From Dimargaris cristalligena (Eukaryota): a DNA stretch of 54,977 bases. The notes under the pieces were generated by a model. That model was not told the DNA's origin. It saw only the letters and a program-made list of their open reading frames with translations, and did not search any database. A program made the translations under genes and the position numbers. The stretch lies in assembly GCA_003614675.1 (NCBI GenBank), contig ML002260.1, positions 1-54,977 of the forward strand, read 5' to 3'. Numbering within the stretch: the stretch's first letter is position 1; each line of letters begins with the position of its first letter. Below are positions 1 to 14,396 of this stretch, piece by piece.

Positions 1-2
1 CG

Positions 3-422
3 CTTCACCTTGTCAGCCTGATGAATGTGCTTCCTGGCGCTACCCAGACTGGACTACGCCTGGCCGCCGATTGGCTTGGGGACAAGGGTGAGGTGAAATA
101 CCACCCTTACGACCCGAATAACTGGTCCACTGTTCGGGACACCAAATACATTGAGGTGGGGCAGGCCAAGCTAGCCAGCGCCTATCCTATGGGGATTTTC
201 TATACGTTCGTTTTGTACGAGTCGGGCCCTCTACTCTGTCACGTAGCCTATCACCCAAATTTTAGTCCGGAACTTAACGCGAACCTGCTTAAGCAGTGGA
301 TGGCTTTGAAAGTAGATACATATTCCCGTAGGCTGGAGCAGCACTCACCAGACATGGATGCGGTCCTAGTTCTTTTGAAAGCCCTAAATGTAGAGGCACA
401 GAGTAAATTGGGTTTTTATTAA
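3..422 (+). CDS. 3' part of an unknown protein, probably truncated by the window start
   Basis: The frame is open from position 3 to TAA at 420-422. The sequence is GC-richer than the AT-rich tract after 422. No recognisable motif. Confidence 0.4.
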   Translation, partial: LHLVSLMNVLPGATQTGLRLAADWLGDKGEVKYHPYDPNNWSTVRDTKYIEVGQAKLASAYPMGIFYTFVLYESGPLLCHVAYHPNFSPELNANLLKQWMALKVDTYSRRLEQHSPDMDAVLVLLKALNVEAQSKLGFY

Positions 423-1147
423 ACCCCCTAAAGTATGGTACTTTTTTCTAGTAGTGCCCATATTTAGGCCGCCATAAAAGCATTTTAGCCATTCCTTTTT
501 GACTACGCTCTGTTAATGTCCGACGATGTGCACACTTACGAAGTGGCGGTGAGTATTTGTGACTATTATAGATTTTATTACCGTAGGTTTATATTCGCCA
601 ATTTATAGACTATTTTGCCAAATTTACCAATTAGCTGTATTTAATAAAAAATCCTATGTTAATGGCCACATAAAAGTGATACATGTTTACAGGTACACAA
701 AAGCTGGGGTGTAGCTGAGTAGATGGGTAAATTTAAACTGGGGGTCTGCTATCAATGATGTTCTATCCAACTTAATCTTTCAAACTATAGCAATATGCTT
801 ACCAGGATGCTGCGTTGGGCTTATATATCAGAATTGATAGAAAACTGGCACCAGATTAATCATAATGGTCATTGCCCAAAGCCAATTTATTTCTAGGTAA
901 TTAAAATACCAATATAACAGGATATACTTTACAAAAAGCTACGGTGAAACTGCAAGTGGGTTAGGGAGTGAACTTGGTAAAGCTATAATGTATAGGGAAA
1001 AAGTCGCAAAGTCACTTTACTATCGCCATAGACTAGCCCTCGTTGGCAGCAACTGAAAAAAAAACTATTAAACATGTGGGGATGGGGGGGGGTTAAAGCG
1101 GGCAAATGGTTTCAGGGTATTTTCCAAAAAAAAATCTATTGGATACT

Positions 1148-2472
1148 TCACTCGGCAGGCATTGCAACCCGTGCCGGCTTGGGTGATATTTCTGCCTCTT
1201 CTATATCACTAACAGCCCCTTGCTCGGGCTGGGGCGATTCAATAATGTTAGGGAAATTCTTCTGCGGCACCGAAGGTAGTTCGGGAATGGCGGACTCTCC
1301 AATCTGTAGTGGAAGTAGTTTTGGAAATAAGCCATGTTAGGAAACGGATTAAAAGGGGGTGGATAGTGATCATCTGGACCACGGCTAAATGGGATTCATG
1401 GCGGAAAACAACGGGCCCGGCGGAGCTGGAAGATCGCCCAGGGTATCCTCCATGGACTCTTAAGTAGGTCCTCGGCCGATGAGACTCGATATGGAGTGAT
1501 TTAACGTGTAAAACGGTACTTACCTCAGTGGCCTGAAGGGCTCGCAATTCATTTTCCAGCTCGGCTTCGTCGTGGGACGAGAGTTTGGTACCGAGCATCT
1601 CGGAAACTTCCTGGTGAATTATCAATTAAAAGGCATGTTTTACGTTCCAGTATAGGGTGACAGATTATAGGTGGTTATTATCCTGGAACTTGTATATAAT
1701 TATTTAAAAGTATGGCATTGCGCAAGAAAACGACACAATTAGGGATGGAGACGGGAACATCGCTCTTGTTGTGAACTTACCTCCTGATAGGCTATAGCAT
1801 CGGCGGTTTCTTCCATCAGTTTTTCGACATTTTCAAGGGACATTTCCTGGTTGAGAGTCTTGAGCACTTGATTGCCTTGGGCGAGGCCCGCAAAAACTTC
1901 CTTTTCCACGAGGGCGAACTCGATGGTTTGGGTCTGGTATGGAGTCGAGAAGGGTTTAGGGATGCCGCGCAATGGTGTCAGTGTATTAAAGAAGTTTTTT
2001 ATGTCCCTCCTAAGGGAGTCTAGGAATAAAGGAAGGTTGAAATCAATACAATGTTTGGAATAATTTTAACAGGGCGATATAAATAATACCTACCAATTGT
2101 TCAAGATTCATTAGCTGGTTTTCGGTTTTAACCAGTAACTGCTCCTGGTATTTTTTCTTGCGAAGGGCGAGCAGTGCCTGTTGCTTGTTATTACGGCGGA
2201 GGTGCTCCTGGGCAATTTCGGTCTCTCGGTTAAGCACGACATTTATCTGAAGGGATAGGGCATGGTTGTGGACAATAAATATGGGCTTCTTCAGTAAGTA
2301 GGGTGGAGATGAGTAGAGGGTAAAAGCGGTGGGGTGGGGCGACCCTCATTCGGCTCTTGGACCTGAAGCTTACCCGCTTGGTGTATTGCTTTAGGCGGTC
2401 GCGTTGAACCTTGAGGTCCAGAATAGCCCTATCCTGAGGTGTAATTCTATTTTTGCTGCCATTGGCCCCCAT
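1148..2472 (-). CDS. VPS20: ESCRT-III subunit Vps20/CHMP6 (Snf7 family), 5 exons, 215 aa
   Basis: Exons 2472-2374, 2246-2094, 1933-1781, 1610-1524, 1303-1148, all GT-AG and in frame. Myristoylation-type start MGANGSK and motifs ITPQDRAILDLKVQRDRLKQY, ALLALRKKKYQEQLL, IEFALVEKEVFAGLAQGNQVL and MEETADAIAYQ. Confidence 0.93.
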
Positions 2473-3055
2473 GGAATGCAGTGGCGGAGCAACGGGGGGT
2501 TTTAAGAATGACGACGGGAGCAGTAACCGAAACGGGCGTAAACTAATGGGGGTGGAGAGAATGGGCAGCAGTGTAGGGTAGTCCAATGAAAGGGGGAATG
2601 GAGTCAAGTGGGGGGTTCTATGAAGGGGTCACAAGGAGAGGCACCAAGTCTGTATCATTGGGTGAGCTAAACAGTGGAAATACGAGGAAATTTATGCGCT
2701 TGGTTTAGTCTTGGGGCGCACAATGAAGAAGGGAAATCGGCTCAGCACGAAGGGAAGGAAAGTCGTTGAATGATTTATATGCCGCAGTGAGCTTAATGGA
2801 ACAGCTTTATGATCACGTTACCTGTGGGGCTTCGGGGTATATAATAATCAAGGGGGGGGATGGCGGAGTCCAGTGTACTGTGTCAATTAATCAGTTTCGG
2901 GTATATGCTAGTCCAAGTTACTCTGCCTTTCTTCCGGTTGTTGCCTTGGAACTTCGTTCTCCTTCCTGCCACTATTCTTCATTGGTCGACCATCTCGTAC
3001 CTTTTTATATTTCTATACTATCTCCATTATACCCCCCCCGCCTTACTATTCGGCC

Positions 3056-4714
3056 ATGTCCAACCTTGTTAAACGTGAGAACACCACCGTTGACCTCGGC
3101 CCAGGTAAGCCTTCGCCGCCCCTAGGCCTACGCCTTAAATAGGCGTACTACACCCCCGCTACCGACTTCTATGTATGACGAAACTGACCTGTATGATTGT
3201 AGATGCCCTTTGGGCTTTTTGTTAGAGTGAAACCACCGAAAAAAATACCTTGGGACATCTTTCGTCATCTACTGCGGCGTGCACTATTGAGGAGGTAAAG
3301 CATGAGCCTACGCTGCCTCCACATATATGTTAATGTTTATTTAACTCACTAGCCTCTTCGGTTGTACGCTTGTCTCCTTCCCCCGGTTTAATGTTCACTA
3401 GAGGCTGATGTAGCTGCCATCTCCGAAAATCTTCAAGATCTCACCGCTGAGGGCAAGGCTGAGGGCCTCATCGACAATGAGCACAACGTGAAAGTCCACT
3501 TGGTCGATCAGCAGGCCGACCCCGACTCCCCACTATACTCTGTCAAATCCTTTGACGAGCTGGGCCTGGCCGACGATCTGCTCAAGGGTGTCTACGGCAT
3601 GAAGTTCACCAAGCCCTCCAAGATTCAGGAGCGCGCCCTGCCGCTATTGCTACAGAACCCCCCACACAACATGATCGGACAGTCTCAGTCGGGTACCGGT
3701 AAAACCGCCGCTTTCGTACTGGCCATGCTATCCCGCATCGATCGTGCCGAGAAGTCGCCCCAGGCTCTGTGCCTAGCCCCTGCCCGTGAGCTGGCCCGTC
3801 AAACCATGGACGTGGTCCAACAAATGGGTAAATTCACCGACATCACCGCCAGCTACGCCATTCATGAAGAGGGACCCGCCAAGGGCCAGAAGGTCACCTC
3901 CCAGGTGGTCATTGGTACCCCCGGTACCGTCAAGGACCTGGTCCAGCGGGGGCAGCTTAACATGCGCAAGATCAAGATTTTTGTTCTCGACGAAGCCGAC
4001 AGCATGCTGGACCAGCAGGGTTTGGGAGACCAAAGTCTGCGGGTCAAGAACAGCCTACCCAAGACCTGCCAGATTGTGCTGTTCTCCGCCACCTTTGCCG
4101 ATGTCGTCAAGTCCTACGCCGAGCGGTTTGCCCCCAATGCCAACCGGATCATGCTTGAAGTGAAGGAACTCTCTGTGGACGGTATCAAACAATTCTATAT
4201 GGACTGCCGCGGCGAAGACCATAAGCTCGAGATTCTGCGGGTCCTGTACGCCCTCCTGTCGGTGAGCCAAAGTATTATTTTCGTGCGGCGTCGTGACACG
4301 GCTGACCGGATCACCCGGCTGATGAACGAAAGCGGACACGCCGTCGTTACCCTGCACGGTAAACTCCAGTCCTCCGAGCGTGACAGTGTCATGCACGATT
4401 TCCGTTCCGGCAAAACCAAGGTCCTCGTCACCACCAATGTACTGGCCCGGGGTATCGATATCTCACAAGTCAACATGGTGATTAATTACGATATTCCTGT
4501 CGACAGCAATGGGAACCCCGATCCCGAGACCTACCTACACCGTATTGGCCGTACCGGTCGCTTCGGCCGTACCGGAGTGGCCATTAATTTTGTGCACGAT
4601 AAGAAGTCGCACCAGGAAATGAAGGCGATTCGCGACCACTTTGACCGGGAAATCACCAAGATCCAGACCGAAAATCCCGAGCTTATGGAGAAAACCCTGA
4701 GACTTGCCCTGTAA
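3056..4714 (+). CDS. DBP5: DEAD-box RNA helicase Dbp5/DDX19 (mRNA export), 2 exons
   Basis: Exons 3056-3104 and 3402-4714, phase-1 GT-AG intron. Motifs DPDSPLYSVKSF, PSKIQERALP, SQSGTGKT, DEAD, SAT, TNVLARGID and YLHRIGRTGRFG. Confidence 0.96.
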
Positions 4715-5619
4715 TGAATCGACAGACCACTGACCTTCTCATTAGCATGTGATAGCCCTGTACTGGGTATACCCACTCGATTAGTGGAATAAATTTGGTA
4801 TTTTTCTATACTTGGAAGTCCTAATGGGCCTGGGAGCTGGTTATCGATTGTCTTAAATGATTGGGGCTTGGAGAGTATAATAGATATAGAATAGTGACAC
4901 TAGTACGGTCGAATATTTATGGCAAGAATGCTGGAGAGCTGTCCATTTGAAATCTGAGCTTTAGGACATGTATTTGGAACTATAAAGTGATAACTACGAC
5001 TGGAACGGTTTGAAATAGGCGGGCTATTTCCTGGATTGTAAGCAAAAGGCGAGGGCTGCTTTATAGGAATGTTATAAAGGAGAGTTATGTGGTCTAGCAA
5101 TCCTCTGTTTACTGCCGCCAAATCGCTGTATTCGTGAATATTAGCTTGATAGCTATTTATTAGTTCACCGTGAATCAATAATACCCCAACTGAGAAATAG
5201 AATTTACATAGAGAATCGGATTTGACAAAGCAGGATACTATCCCATGGGAGGAAAAATTTAGACTAATCCATCCCCTGTGGAACCTGCGGCGACAAGCTA
5301 TCACCCTGGCTTGGATAATGAAAACATAAACATGGCCTGTAAAAAAAGAGGGCCAATGCTTCAGTCGAGAGCAAATCACCTCTACAGCGGCGGTGATTAC
5401 ATTCGCTGGCAGCGCGACCCAACCTGCTGGTCAAGAAACACGCCTACCACCAACCAACCCTGTATTTGCCCTACCCACCTGAGGCTGCGGCCTGTTTCCA
5501 ATACCTCAACTTACCTTGGCTTAATTCGTATCCCGCTTTCTCCATTCTGACCCTTTGCCTATCTCCGGTCCTTTCTTATCCATCCCTCTCTTCGGCAGAC
5601 AAAAAAAAAGCAAACACGC

Positions 5620-5646
5620 GAACGAACGAACGAACGAAAGAACGAA
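5620..5646 (+). repeat. Short imperfect (GAAC)n microsatellite upstream of SMC4
   Basis: gaacgaacgaacgaacgaaagaacgaa. Confidence 0.7.
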
Positions 5647-5720
5647 CATAATACAGCTACTGCGCCATTTCACCCGGTCCCGCCGGTAAATTCAACATCG
5701 TGACACTTCATACGAGAGAC

Positions 5721-8700
5721 ATGCTGCAGGACCCGAATGAATCGCAACAGCCCGAAGGGATTTCGGCCTTCCCCGTAACCCAGGATTCCTTTGCAATCCC
5801 AGCTAGCCAACTGGCCACCGAAACCCCGCCCAGGGAACTGCCGGTCCAACGCCTCATCATCACCCGCATGGTGCTCAAGAACTTCAAATCCTACGCTGGA
5901 GTACAGACCATTGGTCCCTTTCATAAGGTAGGTTGTTCACAGTGCTACCCCCCCCCCCGTGTATACTTAACTAGGCCTCTAACCATCCCTATGCGGCTAA
6001 ACCGACCGCACTTCCAGTCGCTCATTAAGTCTATAGTTAGAATAGGCCGATTAGGAAAAATTACCGCCGCTATGTAATAGTAACCAGACTGACTCATATA
6101 CCCTTTACCTCCAATTGATGACCGTTTAATTTGACCACCACCACCACTATCCATCACATTTGCCTAGTCGTTCTCGTCCATTGTTGGCCCGAATGGCTCG
6201 GGGAAGTCTAATGTGATCGACTCACTTCTGTTCGTGTTCGGATTTAACGCCCGCAAGATTCGTCAAGCTAAATTATCCCACCTGATTCATTCATCGCAGG
6301 AACATCCCAATCTCGATAGCTGCTCCGTTGAAGTTCATTTCTGCGAAATTCTGGACTTGGTAAGTGATCATATATATTCCTCCATTTCCATTGGCGTTAT
6401 AAAATGGGATATTGTCCGTATTTGCAGCTCTGGCCCTCACTCTCCAGATCGTCTCCCACCCGCCTGCCATTAACTCCGTCCTTCCTATTCCGATTTCGGC
6501 AACTTATTCACCGCGAGTAGCCCGGCCCGGACGCTTACGAAACCGTTCCCAACTCCGAAATCATCGTATCACGGGCGGCCTTCCGCAATGATTCTAGCCG
6601 CTACTACATCAACGGTCGGACGACGACAGCCAAGGAGGTCAAGGCCCTGCTCAAGTCCAAGGGCATCGACCTGGACCACAACCGATTCCTTATTCTGCAG
6701 GGCGAAGTCGAGTCCATCTCCCAAATGAAACCCAAAGGCCTGACTGAGCACGACGAGGGGCTTTTAGAGTACCTCGAGGATATCATCGGAACCTCCCAAT
6801 ACAAAGAGCCCATCAGCGAGGTGGGTCGGGAACTCGAGGAACTAACCACAGATCGCACCGGTAAGCTTAACCGAGTGAAGATCGCCGAACGCGAGCGAGA
6901 TAGCCTGGTTGCCCGCAAAGACGAGGCCGAGGAATACATTCAGAATGAAAACAATCTGGTCATTAAGCAATCCCTGCTTTTGCAGCGACGTATGCTGGAC
7001 AATGGCACGCGCCTGGCCAAGTCAGAGGCCCAGTACAGTGCTCTCAAGACCCAAATCGACCACGAGCGGGCCAAATCGGCCGATTCCAAAGATCAGCTGG
7101 CGACCCTCGAAAACAACTACCGGTTGAGCCTGCGGGAATACGAGGCGGTTCGTACGCAGGCCGAGGCCCTGGGCCGGGATCTGAAAAAGATGGAGCGGGA
7201 GGATGTGCAGCTCCAGGAGAGTCGCAAATTCCTGAACGCCAAGACCAAGAAAGTCGATAAGGCGATTCAAAAAGATACGCTGTCCCTCAAGGAGCTCGAA
7301 AACACCATCCAGAATGCCCACAATGATACCGAGCGTGGTCAGCAGGAAATCACCGACATGGAAGGGCAGCTGGAACAGGAAGAACAGGTGTTGGGCGAGA
7401 TTACCGAGAGTCTTAAGGGTAAAACCGAGGTCTTTTCCCAGCAAATCGAACAGCTGCAGAACGAACGGGCGCCGTGGGTCGAAAAGATCCAGGCTGAGCA
7501 ATCCCTGCTTGATATCGCCCAATCCGAACTGAACCTGCTAGAAGAAAACGCCCAGGCCAACGCCAAACAAATCCAACAGGCCGAAACCGAAATCGAGGAA
7601 ATCGACTCACTGAAAACCCAAAAGACCGAAGCGATCCGAAAGGCCGAAAAGGAACTGACCAAGAAGCGCGGCGAATTAGAGGAGCTCTCTCAGGGCATCC
7701 AGGCCACCGACGGACAGGAGGCTGAATTCCGGGCGGACTCTCTACGGGCGCGTCAGAAGTGGGAGGAAGCCAAAGCCAACCTCGAGAACATGCAGTCCCG
7801 GGGTAAGATTCTGCAGGGTCTCCTACGTATGAAGGAAACCGGCCGTATCGAGGGGATTCACCACCGATTGGGCAGTCTCGGCGTGATTGACGACCAGTAC
7901 GACGTGGCCATTTCAACGGCCTGTCCCAGCCTGGATAACATAGTGGTTGCGGACGTGCCGGCCGCCCAGAAATGTATCGAGCATCTCCGTAAGAATAACC
8001 TGGGTCGGGCCGTCTTCGTTGTGCTCAAGCAATTAACCGCCCGCCCCACACCCACCCCAGACACGCCCGAGGGGGTCCCCCGGCTCTTCGATTTAATCCA
8101 ACCTAAGGACCCGCGCTATGCCCCGGCGTTTTACAACGCCCTGCGGGATACACTCGTGGCCCAGGATATGGACCAGGCGAACCGGATTGCGTTCGGGTCG
8201 GGCAAGCGGCGCTGGCGGGTGGTTACCCTCTCGGGGCAACTCATCGAAACCAGCGGGGCCATGTCTGGAGGTGGTACCCGAGTGGCCCGCGGCCTCATGT
8301 CCTCCAAATTCGTGGCCGATGACGTGACCTCCGAAGGGGTCCAGGCCCTAGAACGCAAATGGATGGCCATCGAGACCGAGTGGAAGAGCTTCATGAACCT
8401 CCGCCGGGACATGACCACGGAGTGCCAGATGATTGAGAAAAACCTTCCCGACCTGGAAACCCAGCACTCGAAACTTCAGCTCGAGGCGGGGGCCCTCGAA
8501 CAACAACAAGCTACCCTCCGGGCCCGCTTGGAAGCCGCCCACCGGGACACGTCGAAACAGCGGCCGGACCAACACGTCCTCGCCCGGATGACCGCCCTTC
8601 GGGACCAGATCGCCACCCATACCACTCGCCTCGCCGAGCTACGCGCCCAACAGGCCACCCTCGACGGCAATATCAAGGAACTCCAAAATAAGATTCTCCA

Positions 8701-10705
8701 AGTCGGAGGCGTGCAACTCCGGGTGCAAAAGGCCAAGGTCGTGTCGCTCAAAGAACGCGTAGAAACTTGCCAGGACCAACTGGTCAAACTCGACGTGGCG
8801 GCGAAAAAGGCCCAGAAGGACCACACGAAACTGGCCGCCAATATCACCAAACAGGAACGGGAATTGATCGAGGCCCAGCAGCAGCTGACTCAATTGGATA
8901 CGGACATTCGCCAGAAAACGCAGGCGGCGTTGCTACTGAAGGAACGGAGCGATGCGCTGGGGCACGACTTGGAAGATAAGAAGGACGCACTGGACCAAAC
9001 CAAAGCGGAACTGGATGAGAAGACCGAGGAATACAACGGCATGCGGTCAGCTGAGGTAAGCATAGATTATTAATTTTTTAAGCTGGCTTCACCTTTCCGA
9101 TAGAATAACGATTGATCAGGTTGAGTTTCCCCGAAAATTACCTATTTCTAATGCCCTTATTTTTGTTTTTTTAAACATCTACTAATACCCAATCTCTTTT
9201 ACATAGCTCGAACTGAAGCATACGCTGGAAACGGCGGAACGCGAGCATGCCGAATTCATTAAGCGGCAGCGGGTGCTTCAGTTTGAACTGTCGAAACTGT
9301 CCCTCCAGCACGTGGATACCGGTGACTCGGATGAGCCGGCGCCCCAATTGGAAACCTATCCTCCTGAATTTTTATCCGCCCTTGATGTGGCACAGTTGAA
9401 CATTGAGACCCAACAGCTTCAAGGTAGGTCAATACTGACTGGGGTACTTAATTGGCGGGACATAATGAGCTGAAGGGGGAGGTGCTAGTTAGTGCATGGT
9501 TCCTGACCCCTCACCCTCACCTGTGCGTATCTTTGTACAAATTCAACAAACTTGGACACCAACCGCCGCTCATAATTTACTAAACCGCTTACAACACAAA
9601 CTCTATTATATATACCCTTATTTCTACAATTGATTAGCCAAATTGGAGGGCTCCAAACCCAATCTTAGTGTGATCGCGGAATACAAACAGCGACATAAAG
9701 AACTCCAACTTCGGTCCCAGGATCTCGACGATATCACTGAAAGACGCGAACTGGCAAAACAAAAGTACGACGAGCTATGCAAACTCCGTTTGGATCAATT
9801 CATGGAGGGTTTTAATACGATTTCCTACAAACTCAAGGAGATGTACCAGGTAAGTGACACCGTTATTATTATATGACGACGGGAGTTGCGGGGGATATAA
9901 ATAACTGTCGCATCGATGGAACTATGCCAGCTTGTCTTTTTATACTCATTGCGGTTCTTACCCCTATGTATATACGTTCGAAACCACGTACCAATCACTT
10001 CATGGCGATTGCTACTATCTACTATAGATGATTACTCTGGGTGGAAATGCCGAGCTCGAACTGGTTGATAGTTTAGATCCCTTCTCCGAGGGTATTATTT
10101 TCAGTGTCATGCCACCCAAAAAGAGTTGGCGTAATATTGCAAATCTGTCCGGGGGTGAAAAGGTAATATACCTGGTTTATTATCCGTAATTATGACTAAT
10201 TTATGAGATCTCCGTCCTTGGTTTGAGTTATCAATAATTGCATCTTTCATTTTGGGACTTGGGATTGGTCTAGAGCTATAGTTTTTAAACGCATACATGA
10301 CTTATTTATCCCTTGCTAACCATCGGTCGACCTATATGAAATTACTATTTATTCTTCGGTTGGGTGGTTCTCGGCTCCATGCCTTGCAACCCCCAGACTT
10401 TAAGTTCACTGGCGCTGGTTTTTGCCCTGCATCATTTCAAGCCCACCCCACTCTACGTGATGGATGAGATTGACGCTGCTTTGGATTTCCGCAACGTTTC
10501 CATCGTCGCTAACTACATCAAAGACCGAACCAAGAACGCCCAGTTTGTGATTATTAGCCTGCGTAATAACATGTTCGAATTGGCCGACCGCTTGATCGGA
10601 ATCTACAAGACCCATAACCAAACTAAATCGATTGCCATCAACCCGAATGCGGCGGCCCAGTTGACCACCACCATTCGGCCGGATCCCAACTACCAAGCGT
10701 CCTAA
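5721..10705 (+). CDS. SMC4: Condensin subunit Smc4, 7 exons
   Basis: Exons 5721-5927, 6168-6359, 6521-9055, 9207-9423, 9638-9849, 10028-10162, 10397-10705. Motifs NFKSYAG, Walker A GPNGSGKSN, NRFLILQGEVESI, hinge (YDVAISTAC, WRVVTLSGQLIETSGAMSGGG), signature LSGGEKTLSSLAL and Walker B VMDEIDAALD. Confidence 0.97.
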
Positions 10706-11559
10706 ATATACAGACTTGCCATCGACCTCCGCGTGTGTGCCCTAGTGCCCACGCTTTGCTAAATCCAACCCCATTATTATTGCTTATCCTTCCTTCTAAA
10801 AATATCCCCGTTATATAAGATAGTACCGCTCAATAGTCAATAATTAATTCGCTCTCAGTGTACCTTATGTTAGATAGCCACACCCTTCATTACTCTATAA
10901 AAGATCCCGATTCATCGCAGTCGCAGTGATTAACTGTTATTTTATTGGCCACTTTCTTTCTTCTCTTTGTTTTTGATTTTTTTAGATATGGGGCTAATTG
11001 GAGATCGTTGGAGGTATAAATATAGACTAGGTATAAAGAAGGGTAAACATTTTGAGTGGATCGGGGGGAAGGTGCGTTGGTAAGGTAGATGTAGGCTCCA
11101 TAAGGAGGGTCGCCAGGGATTGTCCATGTTATGTTTTGCTCATATTACGGGAGGGAAGCCGAATTGAACTATAGGATGAGGGGAGGTATAATTTTAAGAG
11201 TGAAATAATTCGATTGATGGCTGTACACCAATACAACAATATAATAATAAAATTAGAAATCGTATAGAATAAGGCGGGAGGGATAGTAGGGGGGAGAGAG
11301 ACTGGGCCGATTGGCCCGACGAGTTGGGTAGATTCACGAGTACTGCTCTATGACTTATAATAAAACGTAATTAAGTCCATCAATAGAGTAATGAATTCAC
11401 CATCCGTTGATCCTAGCTTAAAGAATTGACGGTGTCGTTCACATGAGTGAAATGATAAGGGAGGAGGAAAATGGGGGAAGGAGATGAGGGGCAAGGGGGA
11501 AAGTATGTATGCCGGGCATAAAGGAAAACTGAGACTAGGAGTAGGGAAGTTGATCCAAT

Positions 11560-14396
11560 CTACAGAGTTGAACGAGGCGTAGGAGAACCGCTAACCGATG
11601 GGGACTGTCCTCCATGAGCTCGAGGCGAACCGGACCAGTCAGCCGACCGCAATGCCGACTTGGTCGGGGTACCGAACTTGACGGCGGTAGGAATAGGGGT
11701 CACGGGCAGCTTCTTATGGAACCGTTTGACCAGATTACTCTGCATCGACCACTGCACCTGCTTCTTACCCGTTGGAGTAGTACTAGTTCCGTTAGTGGTG
11801 GCGGTAGCAGTAACAGTGGCGGTGGTGGAAGTAGTGGGAGTGGGAGTGACCTTGGACTTGGTAGTGAAGGCAGTAGTAACGGGAGTCTGGGCATCTTCCG
11901 ATTTCTTCAAAATAGAGGAGGTTGGGGTGGATTTCTTGGCCGCTTTGGTCTCCTTTGTTGCCGTCGAAGCCACGGGGGTGGACGTCTTGGAAGCCGACGA
12001 ACTTCCGCGGGGTTTGGGGGCGGTACGCCGGGTAGGAGCTTGCTGCTCCACCACTAACCACTGGGCGTCGGCCCGACGTTTCTTCGCCAGCAGAATTTGT
12101 TTACGGAGGAAGAGCTGGGGGTTCGTGATCTGGGTGGGAAGCATGGCCGAAGAATCGTTGGCAAGGCCGTTCGAGACCTTGGTAGCTTTTTGGGATTCCG
12201 CAATGGGTGCCACTATTACAGTCGGTGTGGACGAGGCGGTAGCGCGGGCCGAGGACTTGGCCCGCTTAGTGGGTTGTTCGTTGGTTGCGGGGGCGGCTTC
12301 GGTGGGAGTAGCAGCGGCCTTCTTCGATTTGGTTTTCGTGAGAGGGGTGGCGGTGCTGCTCACCTTCGTCGCTTCGGCCTTACGCTTAGTTCCGATGGTC
12401 GGAGCTTCGGCAGGGTAGAAGGCCTCGAGGCGGCTGGACAGATTGTAAAGCACCTTACGGCACGGCGACCGGGTATGTTCCTTAGCGCCTTCAGTGAAGA
12501 GCAGGTCTTTAAGAAGGGCCAGCTCGCGATCGTAGTAGGGGTACTCTATAAATAGTGTACAGGGAGGGTAGGGTACAACATTAATAGGATGCGAAAGAAG
12601 TACAATATAATTAGAATCGATTGACGATGGATAAATACGATACAAACAGCTTACACTCAATAGGCGAAATGGCTAAAGGTCTCTAGGTAAATTCTTACCT
12701 TCAGAGTAGTCGGCCGAATCTCTCTGCTCAAAAAGGAGTTTAAAGACACGCTTTATAATAACTTTGCTAAAGAGGGAATCACAAATCTGGCCCAGATACG
12801 AGACAAACGGAGTCATTAGGGAAGTAAAAGGGATGGGCTCCCGTTTCTAAGTCGTAGAAATGCATTCGAGAATAAAATACGGACGTATTAGGCAATAGAA
12901 GTTAGTATTAGGAGGTGGATGGTTTACAAGGCATTAAAGGTGTGGCTTTCAATACAAAATTGCTAAATTACTTGGGGTCTAAGTAAGTGACATGGCACAT
13001 ACCTCCAGTGGAATCTGGTCTAATTCGGCCAGGAAGCATTCGCAGTATTGGCTCGTCAGACCTAATGGCAGTTTAAGCGAGGCAAGACTATGTAGGAGAA
13101 ACGAGTGCATCGTTGGGATCATTGGGCAATCGTGTAATGGTGTTGGCGGTGGTGGTTTTTTAAGGTGATACAAAAGGAGTTAGTTGATATGGATGAAATT
13201 CAAACCAGCTGTATAGGGTTCTATATAATACGTGTATGGACGAGTGTGTGTGAAAATAGCTTTTAACCAGTAATATTGGCCTCATCCAATGGATTTTTCG
13301 TTATACAGCCTGAATGAACTTCTCCCATATGCAATGATAGAAGCACTAATAGGCAATTGCCCCAAATAAGTAGAGAGCGACGGACATTCATTTAGTCTGG
13401 GAGCTCGCCCGGATATCGCCCAGAGGCCAATTAGCTTACTCTAAAATGGTGTGGGACATGGCAGAGTTGTATTCGGCTACTAGTTTGGCCTCCCATTGAA
13501 ATTTCTCCAAAACGAGGAACGAGTATCGGATCATAAACCGCACTAGCAGAAGGAATTTGTTTACGCTGTAAGGGGTTATCGGGGTATAATGCCAATCCGG
13601 TTTACCGATAGGTTGATGCAAGAGGTAGCCAAAGGGGAGGGAGGGGGGGTATAAATATGAATTATTATTATTATTAGTACCGCAACCGGGGAACGTCAAT
13701 TCTGTGAGGGGAGGGCACACGAGGAGGTAATGAAATACGACAATGTGGAAAGTAATCCAATTGATAGTATCCCCTATGGCATCTACTTACCGATGCTTAT
13801 CGATTTTCAACCACGACTGTTCCATCACCCGCCAAAAGCCCAAAATATAAGGGATGACCAAAGAACGGTCGACGGTTAACAGAGCACTTGCGAGGCGTTC
13901 AGTGAGTTCCTGCTGAACCAGCGGCTTGTCGGCCATCCAAACACCTAATCGGACGAGACAACGCCAGGGAGTTAGATAAGCAGGGGGATTGATTGGTGTT
14001 AGTGAATCAAATTAGGCGGTTTGAGGAACGCAAATATCATATTGAACTAAAATACAGTCGATCGATGCCAATTAGTATTTTTCCAGTACTCTCTGGCTAG
14101 GCCAAGCCGTCCGCACCTACACAGACTTACGCCCACAACCACTTGAGCTTGAGAGAACGGGGCCTTTCAAGTAAACGAGCCATTATTATATTTCGATTAA
14201 ACCAGCACATAAAATGACACGACTACGCGAACTTACAGTAAAACAGGCCTTCCCACACCTTGACCATGTCGTCTTCGCTCATGTCACGCGGGGCGGCCAA
14301 CCAGGCCAGCAGGGTGTCGGTGGCTTTGTCCCGCACAATCTTCTCATTGGAGCCCAGTCGCTTGCCGAAATCGGTTTTCGAGCCGTGGATCGCCAT
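11560..14396 (-). CDS. RRP1: Rrp1/Nop52-family nucleolar protein with a long K/T/P-rich tail, 6 exons
   Basis: Exons 14396-14237, 13944-13791, 13565-13440, 13087-13003, 12846-12699, 12545-11560 splice in frame. Nop52 motifs [38 protein letters not shown] and WLKIDKHRVNKFLLLVR. The C-terminal KKQVQW resembles an RVxF PP1-docking site. Confidence 0.88.
13187..13330. mobile_element. ~144-bp MITE-like element, copy A (inside RRP1 intron 3)
   Basis: Begins ATATGGATGAAATTCAAACCAGCTGTATA and ends TTATACAGCCTGAATGAACTTCTCCCATAT, an imperfect terminal inverted repeat. Aligns with copies at 24010, 32544/33024 and 33068. Confidence 0.7.

Noticed and set aside
5610-5625. MCB/E2F-like CGCG words upstream of SMC4 (also near the RAD9 and MDC1-like starts)
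   Set aside because: Single short matches are expected by chance and cannot be supported without conservation data.
11614-12555. Long + strand ORFs (252, 152 and 147 aa), and similar antisense ORFs over SMC4, RIX7, the NRPS, the MDC1-like gene and GRC3
   Set aside because: Shadow frames of GC-rich coding sequence on the opposite strand, with no independent motifs.
13187-13330. The 144-bp repeat as a hammerhead ribozyme or CRISPR-like repeat
   Set aside because: The minus strand has CGAAA and GGATGAG but no CTGATGA core with the required stems. Copies are dispersed, not regularly spaced.
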